From contig CAZFAZ010000079.1 in the NCBI GenBank assembly GCA_964517155.1, forward strand, positions 1-32,266: a DNA stretch of 32,266 nucleotides. Reading direction: 5' to 3'. Under the pieces are notes generated by a model. It ran no database searches, had not been told where the DNA came from, and saw nothing but the letters and a program-made list of their open reading frames with translations. Source of the stretch: an uncultured Thermoplasmatales archaeon. Lineage in GTDB: Archaea > Thermoplasmatota > E2 > DHVEG-1. Of the stretch, positions 9,485 through 19,570 are shown one piece after another. How positions within the stretch are numbered: position 1 is the first letter of the stretch; each line of letters starts with the position of its first letter. The position numbers were made by a program, and so were the translations under genes.

Positions 9485-10399
9485 ATGGAAAATCAAATTA
9501 ACAACAGACTAAAAGCATACATAGAACTTGTAAGACCATTTACACTGTTTGCACCAATAATTGTGTCAATTTGCATAATGTTTGCAAGCTACAAATACAA
9601 TCAAAATACAAACGATATTATAAACCTTTTTTTAACAATGATAATTCCGGCAAGCCTTTCACTTGCAATACTAAACGCTGCATCAAACGTTCTAAACCAA
9701 GTAACAGATATAAAATCAGATAAAATATCAAAACCTTATAGGCCAATCTGCAAAGGAATAGTATCAAAAAACGATTCAATACTTATTTCTTTACTACTAT
9801 ACACAACATCAATATTACTTGCAATTCTAATAAACCCAATATTTCTAGCATTTGTTTTAATGATAACATTTTTTACAATAACCTACTCTGTCCCCCCAAG
9901 ATGCAAAGACATACTATTTATAAACCAACTATGGGTTGGAATACCAAGAGGATTACTGGGCATACTTGCCAGCTGGAGCGTATTTGGAAACGCACTAGAG
10001 ACACTGCCTCTAACAATAGGCCTTCTAGCAATGGTATTTTTAATAGGCGGCTCAATTACAAAAGATATAATAGATTCAGAGGCAGATAAAAAAACAGGGA
10101 CAAAAACACTAGTAAACACATATGGTTTGAAAAGAGCAGCAATACTTGTATTTCCATTTATGTTTGTTCCGTTTGCATTTATCCCAATGCTTGTGCACAG
10201 TGGAATACTTGCACCACAATTTTTCATACTAACATTTCTTACAATACCAAGTGCATATATTTTTTATTTAATGATAAAAGATAGTAAAAAACAAAGACAT
10301 CTAGAAAACACACCGTCATGGGCATTAATGTATGTAACCTATTTCTTTTTTGCATTTGGATTTAGTGTTATTACAATAACCGGAAAATATATAATTTAA
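9485..10399 (+). CDS. UbiA-family prenyltransferase (DGGGP-synthase-like)
   Basis: ELVRP, NQVTDIKSD..KP.RP and KDIIDSEAD motifs in a multi-TM protein. GTGAGGAG SD before the ATG at 9485. Confidence 0.88.
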   Translation: MENQINNRLKAYIELVRPFTLFAPIIVSICIMFASYKYNQNTNDIINLFLTMIIPASLSLAILNAASNVLNQVTDIKSDKISKPYRPICKGIVSKNDSILISLLLYTTSILLAILINPIFLAFVLMITFFTITYSVPPRCKDILFINQLWVGIPRGLLGILASWSVFGNALETLPLTIGLLAMVFLIGGSITKDIIDSEADKKTGTKTLVNTYGLKRAAILVFPFMFVPFAFIPMLVHSGILAPQFFILTFLTIPSAYIFYLMIKDSKKQRHLENTPSWALMYVTYFFFAFGFSVITITGKYII

Positions 10400-10418
10400 A
10401 CAGAGGATCTAAAATAGT

Positions 10419-10679
10419 ATGTTTATGAAAAATTTTAATAAAACAGATATTACAAAATTAGGTATTTTTGTTGTTTTAATCGGAATTTTTGCGTGGATAA
10501 TATTCTTTACAGTTGGTGCGGAGGTATCAATTATTTTTGGTTGTGCAGCTGTAGTTTTTGGCGATTATGCGGATAGGAAAAATCATAAAATGGGCAAAAT
10601 CGGAATTGTATTAGGTAGCAGTAACGTAATAATCAGTCTTTTACTTGCAGTATTTTCTTTTATTACTATTGCAATATAA
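10419..10679 (+). CDS. Small hypothetical membrane protein
   Basis: 86-aa hydrophobic ORF with GAGG upstream, directly after the UbiA gene. Confidence 0.65.
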   Translation: MFMKNFNKTDITKLGIFVVLIGIFAWIIFFTVGAEVSIIFGCAAVVFGDYADRKNHKMGKIGIVLGSSNVIISLLLAVFSFITIAI

Positions 10680-10685
10680 TATTTT

Positions 10686-10883
10686 TTATCCACCGCCAAT
10701 CATATGAATAACAGATACCTCAGAGTTATCAGTAATAATGGTTTCTTTAAAATCAGTTCTTTTAACAAGCTTACCATTTATTTTTACAACAACATTTGGA
10801 AAAACATATCTCATTCTTTTAAGAAGCTCAGATACTGTTTCATTTTCAACAAAATCAACAGCATTACCATTAACTTTAATCAC
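10686..10883 (-). CDS. thiS: ThiS/MoaD-family ubiquitin-like sulfur carrier
   Basis: 65 aa, IKVNG start, C-terminal GGG; overlaps thiF by 4 nt. Confidence 0.9.
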   Translation of the reverse strand: MIKVNGNAVDFVENETVSELLKRMRYVFPNVVVKINGKLVKRTDFKETIITDNSEVSVIHMIGGG

Positions 10884-11476
10884 TTATCCTCACCTAAAAG
10901 AATCTCAAGGACAATATTTGCCTGCCAATTAGCCATAAGAATCACACGAGGCGCCATTAAAACATCTTCACTGCTGTCCTTTGCCTTTTCATCATAAACC
11001 ATATACAACTTTCCAAGTTTTTTAGTGACAATCCTCTCGGAATTACCATAACCTGCAACACCCGAACAACCAACAACAGGAATACTGGGAAGTTTATGCA
11101 TAACTTCTTCAATAAACAAGGTTTTAATATCAGCACTATCAAGCGCCTCGACAATAACGTCTACATTGTGAAAAGGTCTATCCATAGTATCCTTTGTAAG
11201 TCTATGATTAAAAACCTCAACCTTTACAGATTCATCAATACGATGTATAGTCTCTTTAAGTGCCTCAACTTTAACCATGTCTATTTGATCACGGAAATAA
11301 TACTGGCGATTAAGATTACTTTCTTCAACACTATCAAAATCAACAATAACAAGCCTACCGATTCCAGCACGAGCAAGAGAAACTGCAACATTTGAGCCAA
11401 GACCACCAGCACCAGCAATACCAACACTTGATCTTTGCAGCTTCATTCTTATTTTTTCAGATTTTAAAGTATCCAT
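10880..11476 (-). CDS. thiF: ThiF/MoeB-family sulfur-carrier adenylyltransferase
   Basis: GAGGLGS and DFDSVEESNLNRQ motifs; short type without CxxC zinc motifs. Confidence 0.9.
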   Translation of the reverse strand: MDTLKSEKIRMKLQRSSVGIAGAGGLGSNVAVSLARAGIGRLVIVDFDSVEESNLNRQYYFRDQIDMVKVEALKETIHRIDESVKVEVFNHRLTKDTMDRPFHNVDVIVEALDSADIKTLFIEEVMHKLPSIPVVGCSGVAGYGNSERIVTKKLGKLYMVYDEKAKDSSEDVLMAPRVILMANWQANIVLEILLGEDK

Positions 11477-11482
11477 AGACCT

Positions 11483-13807
11483 TTACCACTTTTCCCAATA
11501 TTTAAGGTCAATGCTTGGTGGTTTTTCACCTTTACCGTATTTACCACCCCAACGATTAAGTCCTTTCTTTGTATCTTCATCAATTGCTTTTTGAAGAATA
11601 TCAAGCATTTTTTTATCAGAAAAACCTAGTTTTTTCATCTTTTGAGGTGTTGGAACACCATTTGGAGTCCAACCACGACGATAGTATACTGCATCTGCAA
11701 GCTTTTGATATTGATCTTGTTTCCAGTCGTATAATGTTTTAATCTTCTCAGGAGTACTCATTTTTTCTAAATCTTTTTCTTTAAGACCTACATTTTCTAC
11801 AAGTTGTTTATCATAACGTTCTTTACGACTCATGTATTCGACTTCTGTTACAGGACCCATGGAGCGATAAGGAATCCAATCATCTTTTCTACGACCTCTT
11901 CCCATCCATACACACAATGCACGCTGCCAGTTATAACAACGCTCACTTTGTAAAATAAGTTCTTCTTTGTCAACATTCCAGCCAGTCATACCATTTTGAT
12001 AATCTACATAGTTTTGAACATGTTCGGGAACTTTTGCTGGCTCTTTAGTTTCTGCGTTGTTTGCTGGCTCTATATCATTCCAAGGTAGTTTACAAAGCCC
12101 ATTTAGTCCAAACCAAGTCCTCCACATTGGAAAATAATGAAGGGCTTCTGCTTTATCTGCAAATGTTGGAATCTGATTATTTACCATGTCCATAAAAATA
12201 AGCCATGCTTCGTCATGCTGAGGACCTTTAAGAGTAAGACCATATCCACCTTGCATAGCAAGAGATTCTTTTGTAACATACTCAGAATACTCAAGACCTT
12301 TGCTTTCCATACCACATTCCTCAATTAGATATGGGTCACCCCAGCCTTTTTCTTTAATCCAATCTTTAACCCTGCGAATACCTTTACTGGCAACTGTTAC
12401 AAACTCACCTTTATCACCTTTTGCCATTCTGTGCAAAAACTCCATTACTGCATCAAAATTACCGAAACATAGTTCAAGTCCGTCACAGCGTTCTTTGTTT
12501 AAAATTCCGTATTCATACATTTCCATATAAAATGCAATTGCAGTACCTGTTGAAATGGTATCGATACCATATGTATCACAATAAAAATTAAACTCAAGTA
12601 CTTCTTTTGGCTCCCAAAGACTCATATTTGATGCACAACCCAATGTTTCATATTCAGGACCGTCAACAGTTACTTTTTGACCTTTGTATGGTCCAGTCAT
12701 AACCTCAAAACCATCAACAGTTTTAGCACAAGCCATTGTGCAGCCATGCCAACATCCATCGGGAATAACTTTTGTAAAAAGTTCATAAAACTTAGGTGAA
12801 TATATTTTTGGTGCTTTTGGAAAACTTCCAAATCTATAGTTCTCACAGGGGAGAAGATCATATTCATCCATGATTTCTACCAGATGCCCGGTTCCAACAG
12901 CACGCATGTTACATTGATAACGATCAAGATCACGAATCTCACGATGAAGCTTTGTTCCAACCTCTGCAATTTTATTAGGATCTGCCGGGTTATTTGAAAC
13001 ACCTGTGAATTTTTCCACTTTTGCAACAATTGCCTTTATTTTTTTATCACGAAGAACAGTTCCAAGACCACCACGGCCTGCTTGTTTCATACGACAAACT
13101 TTTCTTCTGATATCATAAAAACTAAAATTCATACAGCCCCAGAAACTATTCTCAGCGGCTTTACCCGCAGATACAACAGATATCTTCTGCCGTGATTTAT
13201 CAGTATCTTCACTTGCATACATATAAGTTAATTGCTCGTTTACAATATGAGAGTTGGTTTCTTCAAGAGGAGCTGTTTCAATAATTACTTTTCCTTTTTT
13301 ACCATCGATTAAAATTACTACATCATTTTTTGCTTTACCCTGAATCTCAATTGCATCAAAACCAGTAAACTTAAGATAAGGGCCAAAAAAACCTCCAACG
13401 TTACTATCACAGATAATATCTGTTGATGGAGAAATACTAAGACAAAGTGATTTGCCGCTACCAGGATACTGTGTGGTACCACAGAGTGGACCTGTCGTAA
13501 TTATCAATTCATTTTCAGGACTGTTCCAACGAGTACTAGATTTTATTGAATCCCATAAAAGTTTTAGACCAAAACCACGGCCACCCGTAAATAGTTTTTT
13601 CATTTCATTTGTTACTTTTTTTTCTTTGATTTCATTAGTACTTAAATTAATATACAATGTTCTGTTTGCAAAACCTTTGTCAATCTCACCTTTTTTATAA
13701 CTGTATTCTGCAACAACTCTATGAGCTCTTTTAAGTTTATTTAAATCCCAGTTATGCTTAGTGTTTCCTGTTTCATATTCTTCTATGGGTATCTGACCAT
13801 GAACCAT
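11483..13807 (-). CDS. aor: Tungsten-containing aldehyde:ferredoxin oxidoreductase family enzyme
   Basis: GGRGFG, AGRGGLG, CWHGCTMAC, GPEYET, CDTYGIDTIS and YYRRGWTPNGVP motifs. Confidence 0.92.
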   Translation of the reverse strand: MVHGQIPIEEYETGNTKHNWDLNKLKRAHRVVAEYSYKKGEIDKGFANRTLYINLSTNEIKEKKVTNEMKKLFTGGRGFGLKLLWDSIKSSTRWNSPENELIITTGPLCGTTQYPGSGKSLCLSISPSTDIICDSNVGGFFGPYLKFTGFDAIEIQGKAKNDVVILIDGKKGKVIIETAPLEETNSHIVNEQLTYMYASEDTDKSRQKISVVSAGKAAENSFWGCMNFSFYDIRRKVCRMKQAGRGGLGTVLRDKKIKAIVAKVEKFTGVSNNPADPNKIAEVGTKLHREIRDLDRYQCNMRAVGTGHLVEIMDEYDLLPCENYRFGSFPKAPKIYSPKFYELFTKVIPDGCWHGCTMACAKTVDGFEVMTGPYKGQKVTVDGPEYETLGCASNMSLWEPKEVLEFNFYCDTYGIDTISTGTAIAFYMEMYEYGILNKERCDGLELCFGNFDAVMEFLHRMAKGDKGEFVTVASKGIRRVKDWIKEKGWGDPYLIEECGMESKGLEYSEYVTKESLAMQGGYGLTLKGPQHDEAWLIFMDMVNNQIPTFADKAEALHYFPMWRTWFGLNGLCKLPWNDIEPANNAETKEPAKVPEHVQNYVDYQNGMTGWNVDKEELILQSERCYNWQRALCVWMGRGRRKDDWIPYRSMGPVTEVEYMSRKERYDKQLVENVGLKEKDLEKMSTPEKIKTLYDWKQDQYQKLADAVYYRRGWTPNGVPTPQKMKKLGFSDKKMLDILQKAIDEDTKKGLNRWGGKYGKGEKPPSIDLKYWEKW

Positions 13808-14268
13808 TATTTATCTACCCCCTGTTTATGATAGACTACTTCACAGATATCTTTAATATTTACTTCAATAAGATCAAGTGCACCTGTTGGGCATGCGCGA
13901 ACACAAGCACCGCAAGAAATACATTTAAAAGGTTCAATGCGGGCATCGCTTTTTCTCATAGCTCCAATTGGACAAAAACCGACACAAGCTTGACAGCCGA
14001 TACAAATGTTTTTATCAAGAACTACAACGCCGCTTTTCTTACGGGTAAGAGCACCCACCGGACACATATCAATGCATAACCCGCGTTGATCACAAACATG
14101 CATTTTGTATTTACCTGCTTTATCTTTTAAAATACGAATAGCAGATTTATCTGCACCTTCATCTGATTTAAAATGAACTTGAGAACAAGCCTTTTCACAT
14201 TCTTTACATCCTTTACATTTTTCAGGATGAAATTTAAGAATTTTTACAGTTTTTGATTCATCGCTCAA
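13807..14268 (-). CDS. Multi-[4Fe-4S] ferredoxin-like subunit (AorA/DmsB-like)
   Basis: CxxCxxCxxxC(P) motifs; stop codon overlaps the AOR start. Confidence 0.92.
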   Translation of the reverse strand: MSDESKTVKILKFHPEKCKGCKECEKACSQVHFKSDEGADKSAIRILKDKAGKYKMHVCDQRGLCIDMCPVGALTRKKSGVVVLDKNICIGCQACVGFCPIGAMRKSDARIEPFKCISCGACVRACPTGALDLIEVNIKDICEVVYHKQGVDK

Positions 14269-14271
14269 GTT

Positions 14272-14919
14272 TTATGCCCCCAATATAAACCAAACGCTGA
14301 GGACAAAAATCCAACAAAACGCAGAAACACCGAAAGTTGTCGGATAATATAAATTATCTTTAACTTTAAAATCAAGTTTATTTACTTTTAAGATAACTGG
14401 TATAACAATTGCTCCAATAAGTGCTGTTAGAAGACCGCTTGCAAGGATGCGTGGTAAAAATACTATTAAGTTTTCTACGTAAAAACCAACACCTGCGACA
14501 ATAGGTGTTAAAATCTGTGTTACAATGTAACCGCCAACATATACAAGATACGCTGTGATAATGCCCATACTTGCTTGGTTAGTAATTTTTAATTTATCAA
14601 AATCAAATGAGAAACTATACCATATCGCCTCAAAAATAGCACCCTCAGCCATAATGGCGAGTGCAGAGCATAAATGACACCCAGCAAATGGATTAAATAA
14701 ACGCAAGGCTCCTGCAACAACACCCATTCCAAGTTGCATACCTGGTTGTTTATAAAACATTCTGCTTAAAACAAGAAATGTTAAAACAAAAAAACCAGTC
14801 ATAATTGCACCATATGGCAAACCTGCATCTTTTAACATGGATCCAATGAATATCTCAGAAAAACCCCATAGTGATCCAAATACTAAAATTCCTGCAAAAA
14901 GCTTCATATTTTTATTCAT
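14272..14919 (-). CDS. Membrane protein, possibly ECF transporter S-component-like
   Basis: 215 aa with about 6 TM helices, FG.LWG..E N-terminal pattern and KQPG loop; 3 nt upstream of the ferredoxin gene. Confidence 0.55.
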   Translation of the reverse strand: MNKNMKLFAGILVFGSLWGFSEIFIGSMLKDAGLPYGAIMTGFFVLTFLVLSRMFYKQPGMQLGMGVVAGALRLFNPFAGCHLCSALAIMAEGAIFEAIWYSFSFDFDKLKITNQASMGIITAYLVYVGGYIVTQILTPIVAGVGFYVENLIVFLPRILASGLLTALIGAIVIPVILKVNKLDFKVKDNLYYPTTFGVSAFCWIFVLSVWFILGA

Positions 14920-14923
14920 TTTT

Positions 14924-15325
14924 TTATTTCACCTCAATTTCAACTATATCTCTAACCCAAAAAGAGTGAGGAGTATCTGAAAAATAAATGCGGTTCTCCT
15001 TTGTTAAAACACCTTTTTCTAAATAATCCCAAGTAACTGTTTGCTGATAACCATCCTTTGCTTTAAAAGTATACGTGTTACAAGAGGAACATAAGCTGCC
15101 TGTTTTTAATATTAAATCATCAAGGGCGACACCTGTTTTCTCGCCTTCATCAGTAATAATTGTTCTTTTATCAGCAATGCTAAAAAATTCATTTATGGTA
15201 AAATCTTGATTGTTTATTTTAATTTTTTCAGAATCAACTTCTACTGCATGAACATATAATGCAGAAAAACAAGCTATCAAAATGATTATGATTGCAAAAA
15301 CCGGCAGTAATTTTTCCTTCCCCAT
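14924..15325 (-). CDS. Membrane-anchored protein with molybdopterin-oxidoreductase (Oxidored_molyb)-like fold
   Basis: N-terminal TM helix; TGV.L.DL, A.DGY and WVR.IVEIEV motifs. Confidence 0.55.
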   Translation of the reverse strand: MGKEKLLPVFAIIIILIACFSALYVHAVEVDSEKIKINNQDFTINEFFSIADKRTIITDEGEKTGVALDDLILKTGSLCSSCNTYTFKAKDGYQQTVTWDYLEKGVLTKENRIYFSDTPHSFWVRDIVEIEVK

Positions 15326-15377
15326 AATAATCCGTGCACCGGATATAGTAAATTATTATATAAAAATTATGAAAGAA

Positions 15378-15677
15378 TTATTTTTCTTTAAACTTTTTAG
15401 TTTCCTGATGCTTTTTGACAATATTTTCAATTACATTTATATTGCCACCCATGCCCATCATAAAAGGATTATCAATTGTAACCTTTGGCGTATCTGATTT
15501 AGTCATAACTGATACACGCTCGATTGTTTCTTTTTCAAGCTCTGCTTTGCTTTCTTCACGTGATAAATACCTAAAAGAAGGCTGTTGAGGTTTTCTTCTT
15601 TTAATATGTTCATCTCTAATTTCAAATCTTGCAAGTGCTTCGTCAATTGCTTTGTCTACTAACTCATCATCAGTCAT
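15378..15677 (-). CDS. Hypothetical protein
   Basis: 99-aa charged ORF with GTGAGGA SD upstream. Confidence 0.7.
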   Translation of the reverse strand: MTDDELVDKAIDEALARFEIRDEHIKRRKPQQPSFRYLSREESKAELEKETIERVSVMTKSDTPKVTIDNPFMMGMGGNINVIENIVKKHQETKKFKEK

Positions 15678-15735
15678 AATCTTTCCTCACTAGTTGATAA
15701 AACAAGTATTGCTTATTAGTTTTTAACTATTGTTA

Positions 15736-16449
15736 TTAAATTCCCTGTTCTCGTATTCTTTTACTTTGTTTTCTTAAAACCTCTTCATCGTTGGGTCTCC
15801 ACTGTATGTTTTCAAGAAGAGCATATGCTATTTCATCGTTTGCATTAATAATTCTACCTGGTGCCAACTCATTATAACGCTCAAGTAGAAGTTTACAAAG
15901 ATTAAATTTTTCTTTTGTAAACATAGGATCTGTAGAAAGAATCGATGCGCACAAGCCGGCTAAATCTTCAACAGGTCGACCAGTCCTTGATTCTTCAAAG
16001 TCTACACCCCAGATTTTATCAGTTAAAATAAAATTTCTAAGGCTTGGGTCTCCTCTAATTGTAAAATCTTTTTCTTTTTTGAAAAAATTATGAAAATCAT
16101 TAAACCACTCTGCAAGAAGCAGCATAAGTCTCTGTTTTTCATTTTGAGTAGTATCATTATTATTTACAACGTCACAAAGATTTTCACCTATTATATAGCT
16201 TGTAACAAGAACATTGTTTTTATCATCCATTTCAAAAACTGTTGGTATGTTAAGTTTTGAAGAACCTTTTTTTAATATATTGTATTCAACTTGCATTCTT
16301 TTTTTAAAACCTGGGACAAACCATTTCAAAACACGGGGTTTGTCTTTAAGTGTTACATAAGCAACTGTATTTTTTTTACTTTTTAACTCTTGCTGCAATA
16401 TTGATTTTTTATACTTTTTTTTACTAACAAGCTCCCCAATATCTCTCAT
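15736..16449 (-). CDS. Atypical protein-kinase-like (Bud32/APH/Kdo-like) phosphotransferase
   Basis: VLKWF lysine, GD.SLRNF catalytic loop, VDFE and EDLA motifs. Confidence 0.75.
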   Translation of the reverse strand: MRDIGELVSKKKYKKSILQQELKSKKNTVAYVTLKDKPRVLKWFVPGFKKRMQVEYNILKKGSSKLNIPTVFEMDDKNNVLVTSYIIGENLCDVVNNNDTTQNEKQRLMLLLAEWFNDFHNFFKKEKDFTIRGDPSLRNFILTDKIWGVDFEESRTGRPVEDLAGLCASILSTDPMFTKEKFNLCKLLLERYNELAPGRIINANDEIAYALLENIQWRPNDEEVLRKQSKRIREQGI

Positions 16450-16498
16450 AAATTAAAAACTAATATAAAATATGAAGAAAAAAAGTTTGTGGTTGTTT

Positions 16499-17158
16499 TT
16501 ATATCTCCACAATTTCAATTGATACAACAAATTTAGCCCATAAGTTTGATCCTGTGATTACATCAGAGCCGACAAATGCTATTCTTAGTGGGCCATAGTC
16601 CCCACCAATGTATTCACTGTCTTGTTTGTAGGCGAGTATCATTGTTGCACCAGATGTTGATATGATATTACCAGATTCGTTATAGATATCAATTATTCCA
16701 TTGACTTGGTCTTTTGTATATTCACTCGTCCAATTATCATTAGAGGTAACGGTTATGTTATAATTTTCTGTTAGGATTTCAAATTTTTCTAAAAGTGTTG
16801 ATAATGAAACACCAGTAAACTCCCACGTTGATTCGTTTAAATCAGGTGTTATTATAACTGTGTCGGGTAATGCTTTTGATTTAACATATCTCCCTGTACC
16901 AGTTAATGATGTGAAGTCTTCTAATTCTTTGAGGGTATATTCATTTTTTGTATTGTTGTATATTACTGTTAAAAGAACTACTGGCTCTTCAATTTGATTA
17001 TTATCCTTTGTTTCATCTGGCGTGTTATCAGTTATATCATCAGTTGTATCTGTATTTTCCTGTGGTAAATTTACATACAACAGAACTATCGCAGCTATGC
17101 ATATTACTATTGCTAGACTTATTGTAATTATTTTGTTTGGATTGTTTTTTTCTGCCAT
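16499..17158 (-). CDS. Membrane-anchored acidic protein with Oxidored_molyb-like fold
   Basis: N-terminal TM helix and T/D/N linker; YTL.EL, FTGVSL..LL, ILAY...GPLR and WAK.V..IEI motifs. Confidence 0.65.
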   Translation of the reverse strand: MAEKNNPNKIITISLAIVICIAAIVLLYVNLPQENTDTTDDITDNTPDETKDNNQIEEPVVLLTVIYNNTKNEYTLKELEDFTSLTGTGRYVKSKALPDTVIITPDLNESTWEFTGVSLSTLLEKFEILTENYNITVTSNDNWTSEYTKDQVNGIIDIYNESGNIISTSGATMILAYKQDSEYIGGDYGPLRIAFVGSDVITGSNLWAKFVVSIEIVEI

Positions 17159-17195
17159 GTTTTCGGCTTAATTAAAAAATGGTTTTTAAACTTTA

Positions 17196-18086
17196 CTAGA
17201 TTAGTGTTTTTGTTTTTCTTGCAGTCATATAAATTCCAATGAGTATTATTGCACCACCAAAAATTGTGTATTTTGAAGGAATTTGTGCAATTGCGGGAAT
17301 AAGCATTGCCCAAACTGTTGAGCCTATCGGCTCGCCAAGTAGTGCCACCGATGCAATTGATGCTCGAACGTGTTTTAAAGTCCAGTTATATAGTGTATGT
17401 CCTAATAGCCCTGCAGTTACTGCCATTACTATAAAGATTTGAAAATCAGTAATACTTATATTTATCAGTTCAGAATTAAAGAGTATACATAATACAAACA
17501 AGGCTGCTGCACTTATGCTGTATACAATAAATGCATAAGATGCAACTGATACAGTTTTTCTAATTTTTCTACCGCCTAAAATATACAAACCAGCCATTGC
17601 TCCACCAAGTATTGCAAGAATATTTCCCTGAAGTGTATCTATTGTTTCAATACCTGGTTGTCTATTTCCCAGTACAAGTATTATTACACCTGTAACTGAT
17701 ATTATAATCCCAATAGAGTTTATTTTTGATAGTTTTTCTTTAAAGAAAAAATGTGAAACAGGGCCAACCAGTATTGGATGAGCGGTTACTAGTATCACTG
17801 AGCTTGCAACAGATGTGTATCTAAGTGATGTTATCCAAAATGCAAAATGCGCGGTAAGTATAAGTCCGATGCCTATCATTATAAACAGAGTTTTTCTTGG
17901 TAACTTTTTTATTTCTTCTCTTGTTTTTTTGAAAAAGATTACAAAAGGTAGAATTAAAAAGGTTGTAAATAAAAGCCTGTAAAAAGCAATTGATAAAGGC
18001 TCTGCACTGCTAAGTGTTATAAGTACAGCTGCAGATGATACAGAGACAATTGATACGAAAAGTGCGATATATGCTTTGTTTTTCAT
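17196..18086 (-). CDS. EamA/DMT family transporter
   Basis: About 10 TM helices; AFYRL, AHF..W..SL.YTSVASS and EPIG motifs. Confidence 0.9.
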   Translation of the reverse strand: MKNKAYIALFVSIVSVSSAAVLITLSSAEPLSIAFYRLLFTTFLILPFVIFFKKTREEIKKLPRKTLFIMIGIGLILTAHFAFWITSLRYTSVASSVILVTAHPILVGPVSHFFFKEKLSKINSIGIIISVTGVIILVLGNRQPGIETIDTLQGNILAILGGAMAGLYILGGRKIRKTVSVASYAFIVYSISAAALFVLCILFNSELINISITDFQIFIVMAVTAGLLGHTLYNWTLKHVRASIASVALLGEPIGSTVWAMLIPAIAQIPSKYTIFGGAIILIGIYMTARKTKTLI

Positions 18087-18166
18087 ATTTTTAAAATATT
18101 GTAATGTTTTGTCTGCTATTTTGTTTTCTGTATTTTTAGATTTACCATATAATTTATAATAGGTAT

Positions 18167-19492
18167 ATGCATAATCCTTTTCAGATTAATATGAAACTTA
18201 ATTTATATAAATCAATATTTTTGATTTTTGTTATTTTGATTATGAATTGTTATTCTGCTATTGGATATACAATTTCTACAGAGAGTGATTTTATTTCAGA
18301 TAATGCTGTAGATATTTTTGATATGATGAATAATATAACAGAGAAAATGTTAGAAGAACATATCCAAAAAATCGAAGATATAGGTCCACATCCAACAGGA
18401 TCGGATGAACTTGTTTTAGTAAAAAATTATATCTTAGAAGAGCTTAATAAAACAGATTTCACTGTAAGACTTCAAGAATGGACTTTAAAAGGTAGATCTG
18501 GGACTAATATAGAGGCAACACTGGATGGTAAGGGGGATTCAGAAAGTATAGTTATTGCATTTGCACATTATGACAGCATTCCTGTATCGCCAGGAGCGGA
18601 TGATGATGGTTCAGGTGTTTCCTCGATTTTGGCTATTGCAAAAACCATCGACAAATACACATTTAATTGTACAGTTAAACTTGTTTTGTTTTCAGGTGAG
18701 GAACAAGGCCATCTGGGAAGTAGCGTATATGCTCAAGAGGCATATGAAAATGGTGATAACATTATCGCAGTTATTAATCTAGATGGAATTGGATATGCAT
18801 CAAACTATGAAAATGACAGAATCATAAGAGCTTTCATTGAAGATGAATCTCGGTGGATTTTGGAGATAAGTAAACAAGTATCAAATGAATTTTCAAATCT
18901 TGTTGATCTTAATGTTATTGATTATCCAAACACGATTCATGCAGACCACCAACCGTTTATAGATAATGGTTACGATTCTATTTATTTTTTAGAAAATGAG
19001 TTAAATCCGTTTTACCACACATCAGAAGATAAAACCGAACATATGAACTTTTCATATCTTAAAAAAGTTTGTAGGCTTGCCCTTGGAACCTTAATAAGAA
19101 TAGCTGATCTAGAGCGTAGAATAAAAGAAAGTGATCTAAGAATAACAATAAAAGGAATGCTTTTATCTAATCCTGCACATTTAAGTATATCAATCCAAAA
19201 TACTTATTACCCAAAGGACACCGCCAATCTATCAATAAACATCTCATTAACCAACAGCATTACTGGAGAATATATCTATGGAATGCATGATACAGTGACT
19301 TTTTGGAACATACAAACAGAAGTAAAAGACAAATGGGATTTTAAGATAGGAAATAGACGTTACAAATTAGAGCCTTTCATATGCAGAGTTAGACTAGTAG
19401 GTTACAACGACGATATTAGTATATACAAAGAGGTACAAACACGCGGAATTGTGTTTTCTTCATTTCTTTTTGTTATTCCGATTATAAAATAA
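18167..19492 (+). CDS. Secreted M28 family metallopeptidase with C-terminal extension
   Basis: Signal peptide; AHYDS, GADDDGSG, GEEQG..GS, NLD and YHT..D motifs. Start may be the Met at 18191. Confidence 0.9.
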   Translation: MHNPFQINMKLNLYKSIFLIFVILIMNCYSAIGYTISTESDFISDNAVDIFDMMNNITEKMLEEHIQKIEDIGPHPTGSDELVLVKNYILEELNKTDFTVRLQEWTLKGRSGTNIEATLDGKGDSESIVIAFAHYDSIPVSPGADDDGSGVSSILAIAKTIDKYTFNCTVKLVLFSGEEQGHLGSSVYAQEAYENGDNIIAVINLDGIGYASNYENDRIIRAFIEDESRWILEISKQVSNEFSNLVDLNVIDYPNTIHADHQPFIDNGYDSIYFLENELNPFYHTSEDKTEHMNFSYLKKVCRLALGTLIRIADLERRIKESDLRITIKGMLLSNPAHLSISIQNTYYPKDTANLSINISLTNSITGEYIYGMHDTVTFWNIQTEVKDKWDFKIGNRRYKLEPFICRVRLVGYNDDISIYKEVQTRGIVFSSFLFVIPIIK

Positions 19493-19570
19493 TCATTTAA
19501 AAAATAGTGTTTTTAATTCTGAAGCTATTGGTAAAAACAATTAAACAGGTTTTTTATTTAGAGTTCTTGT

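Noticed and set aside
8820..10400. Strong T-to-A strand skew switch near 9420 as a replication origin
   Set aside because: Explained by divergent genes with A-rich codons; no ORB repeats or cdc6/orc1 gene seen.
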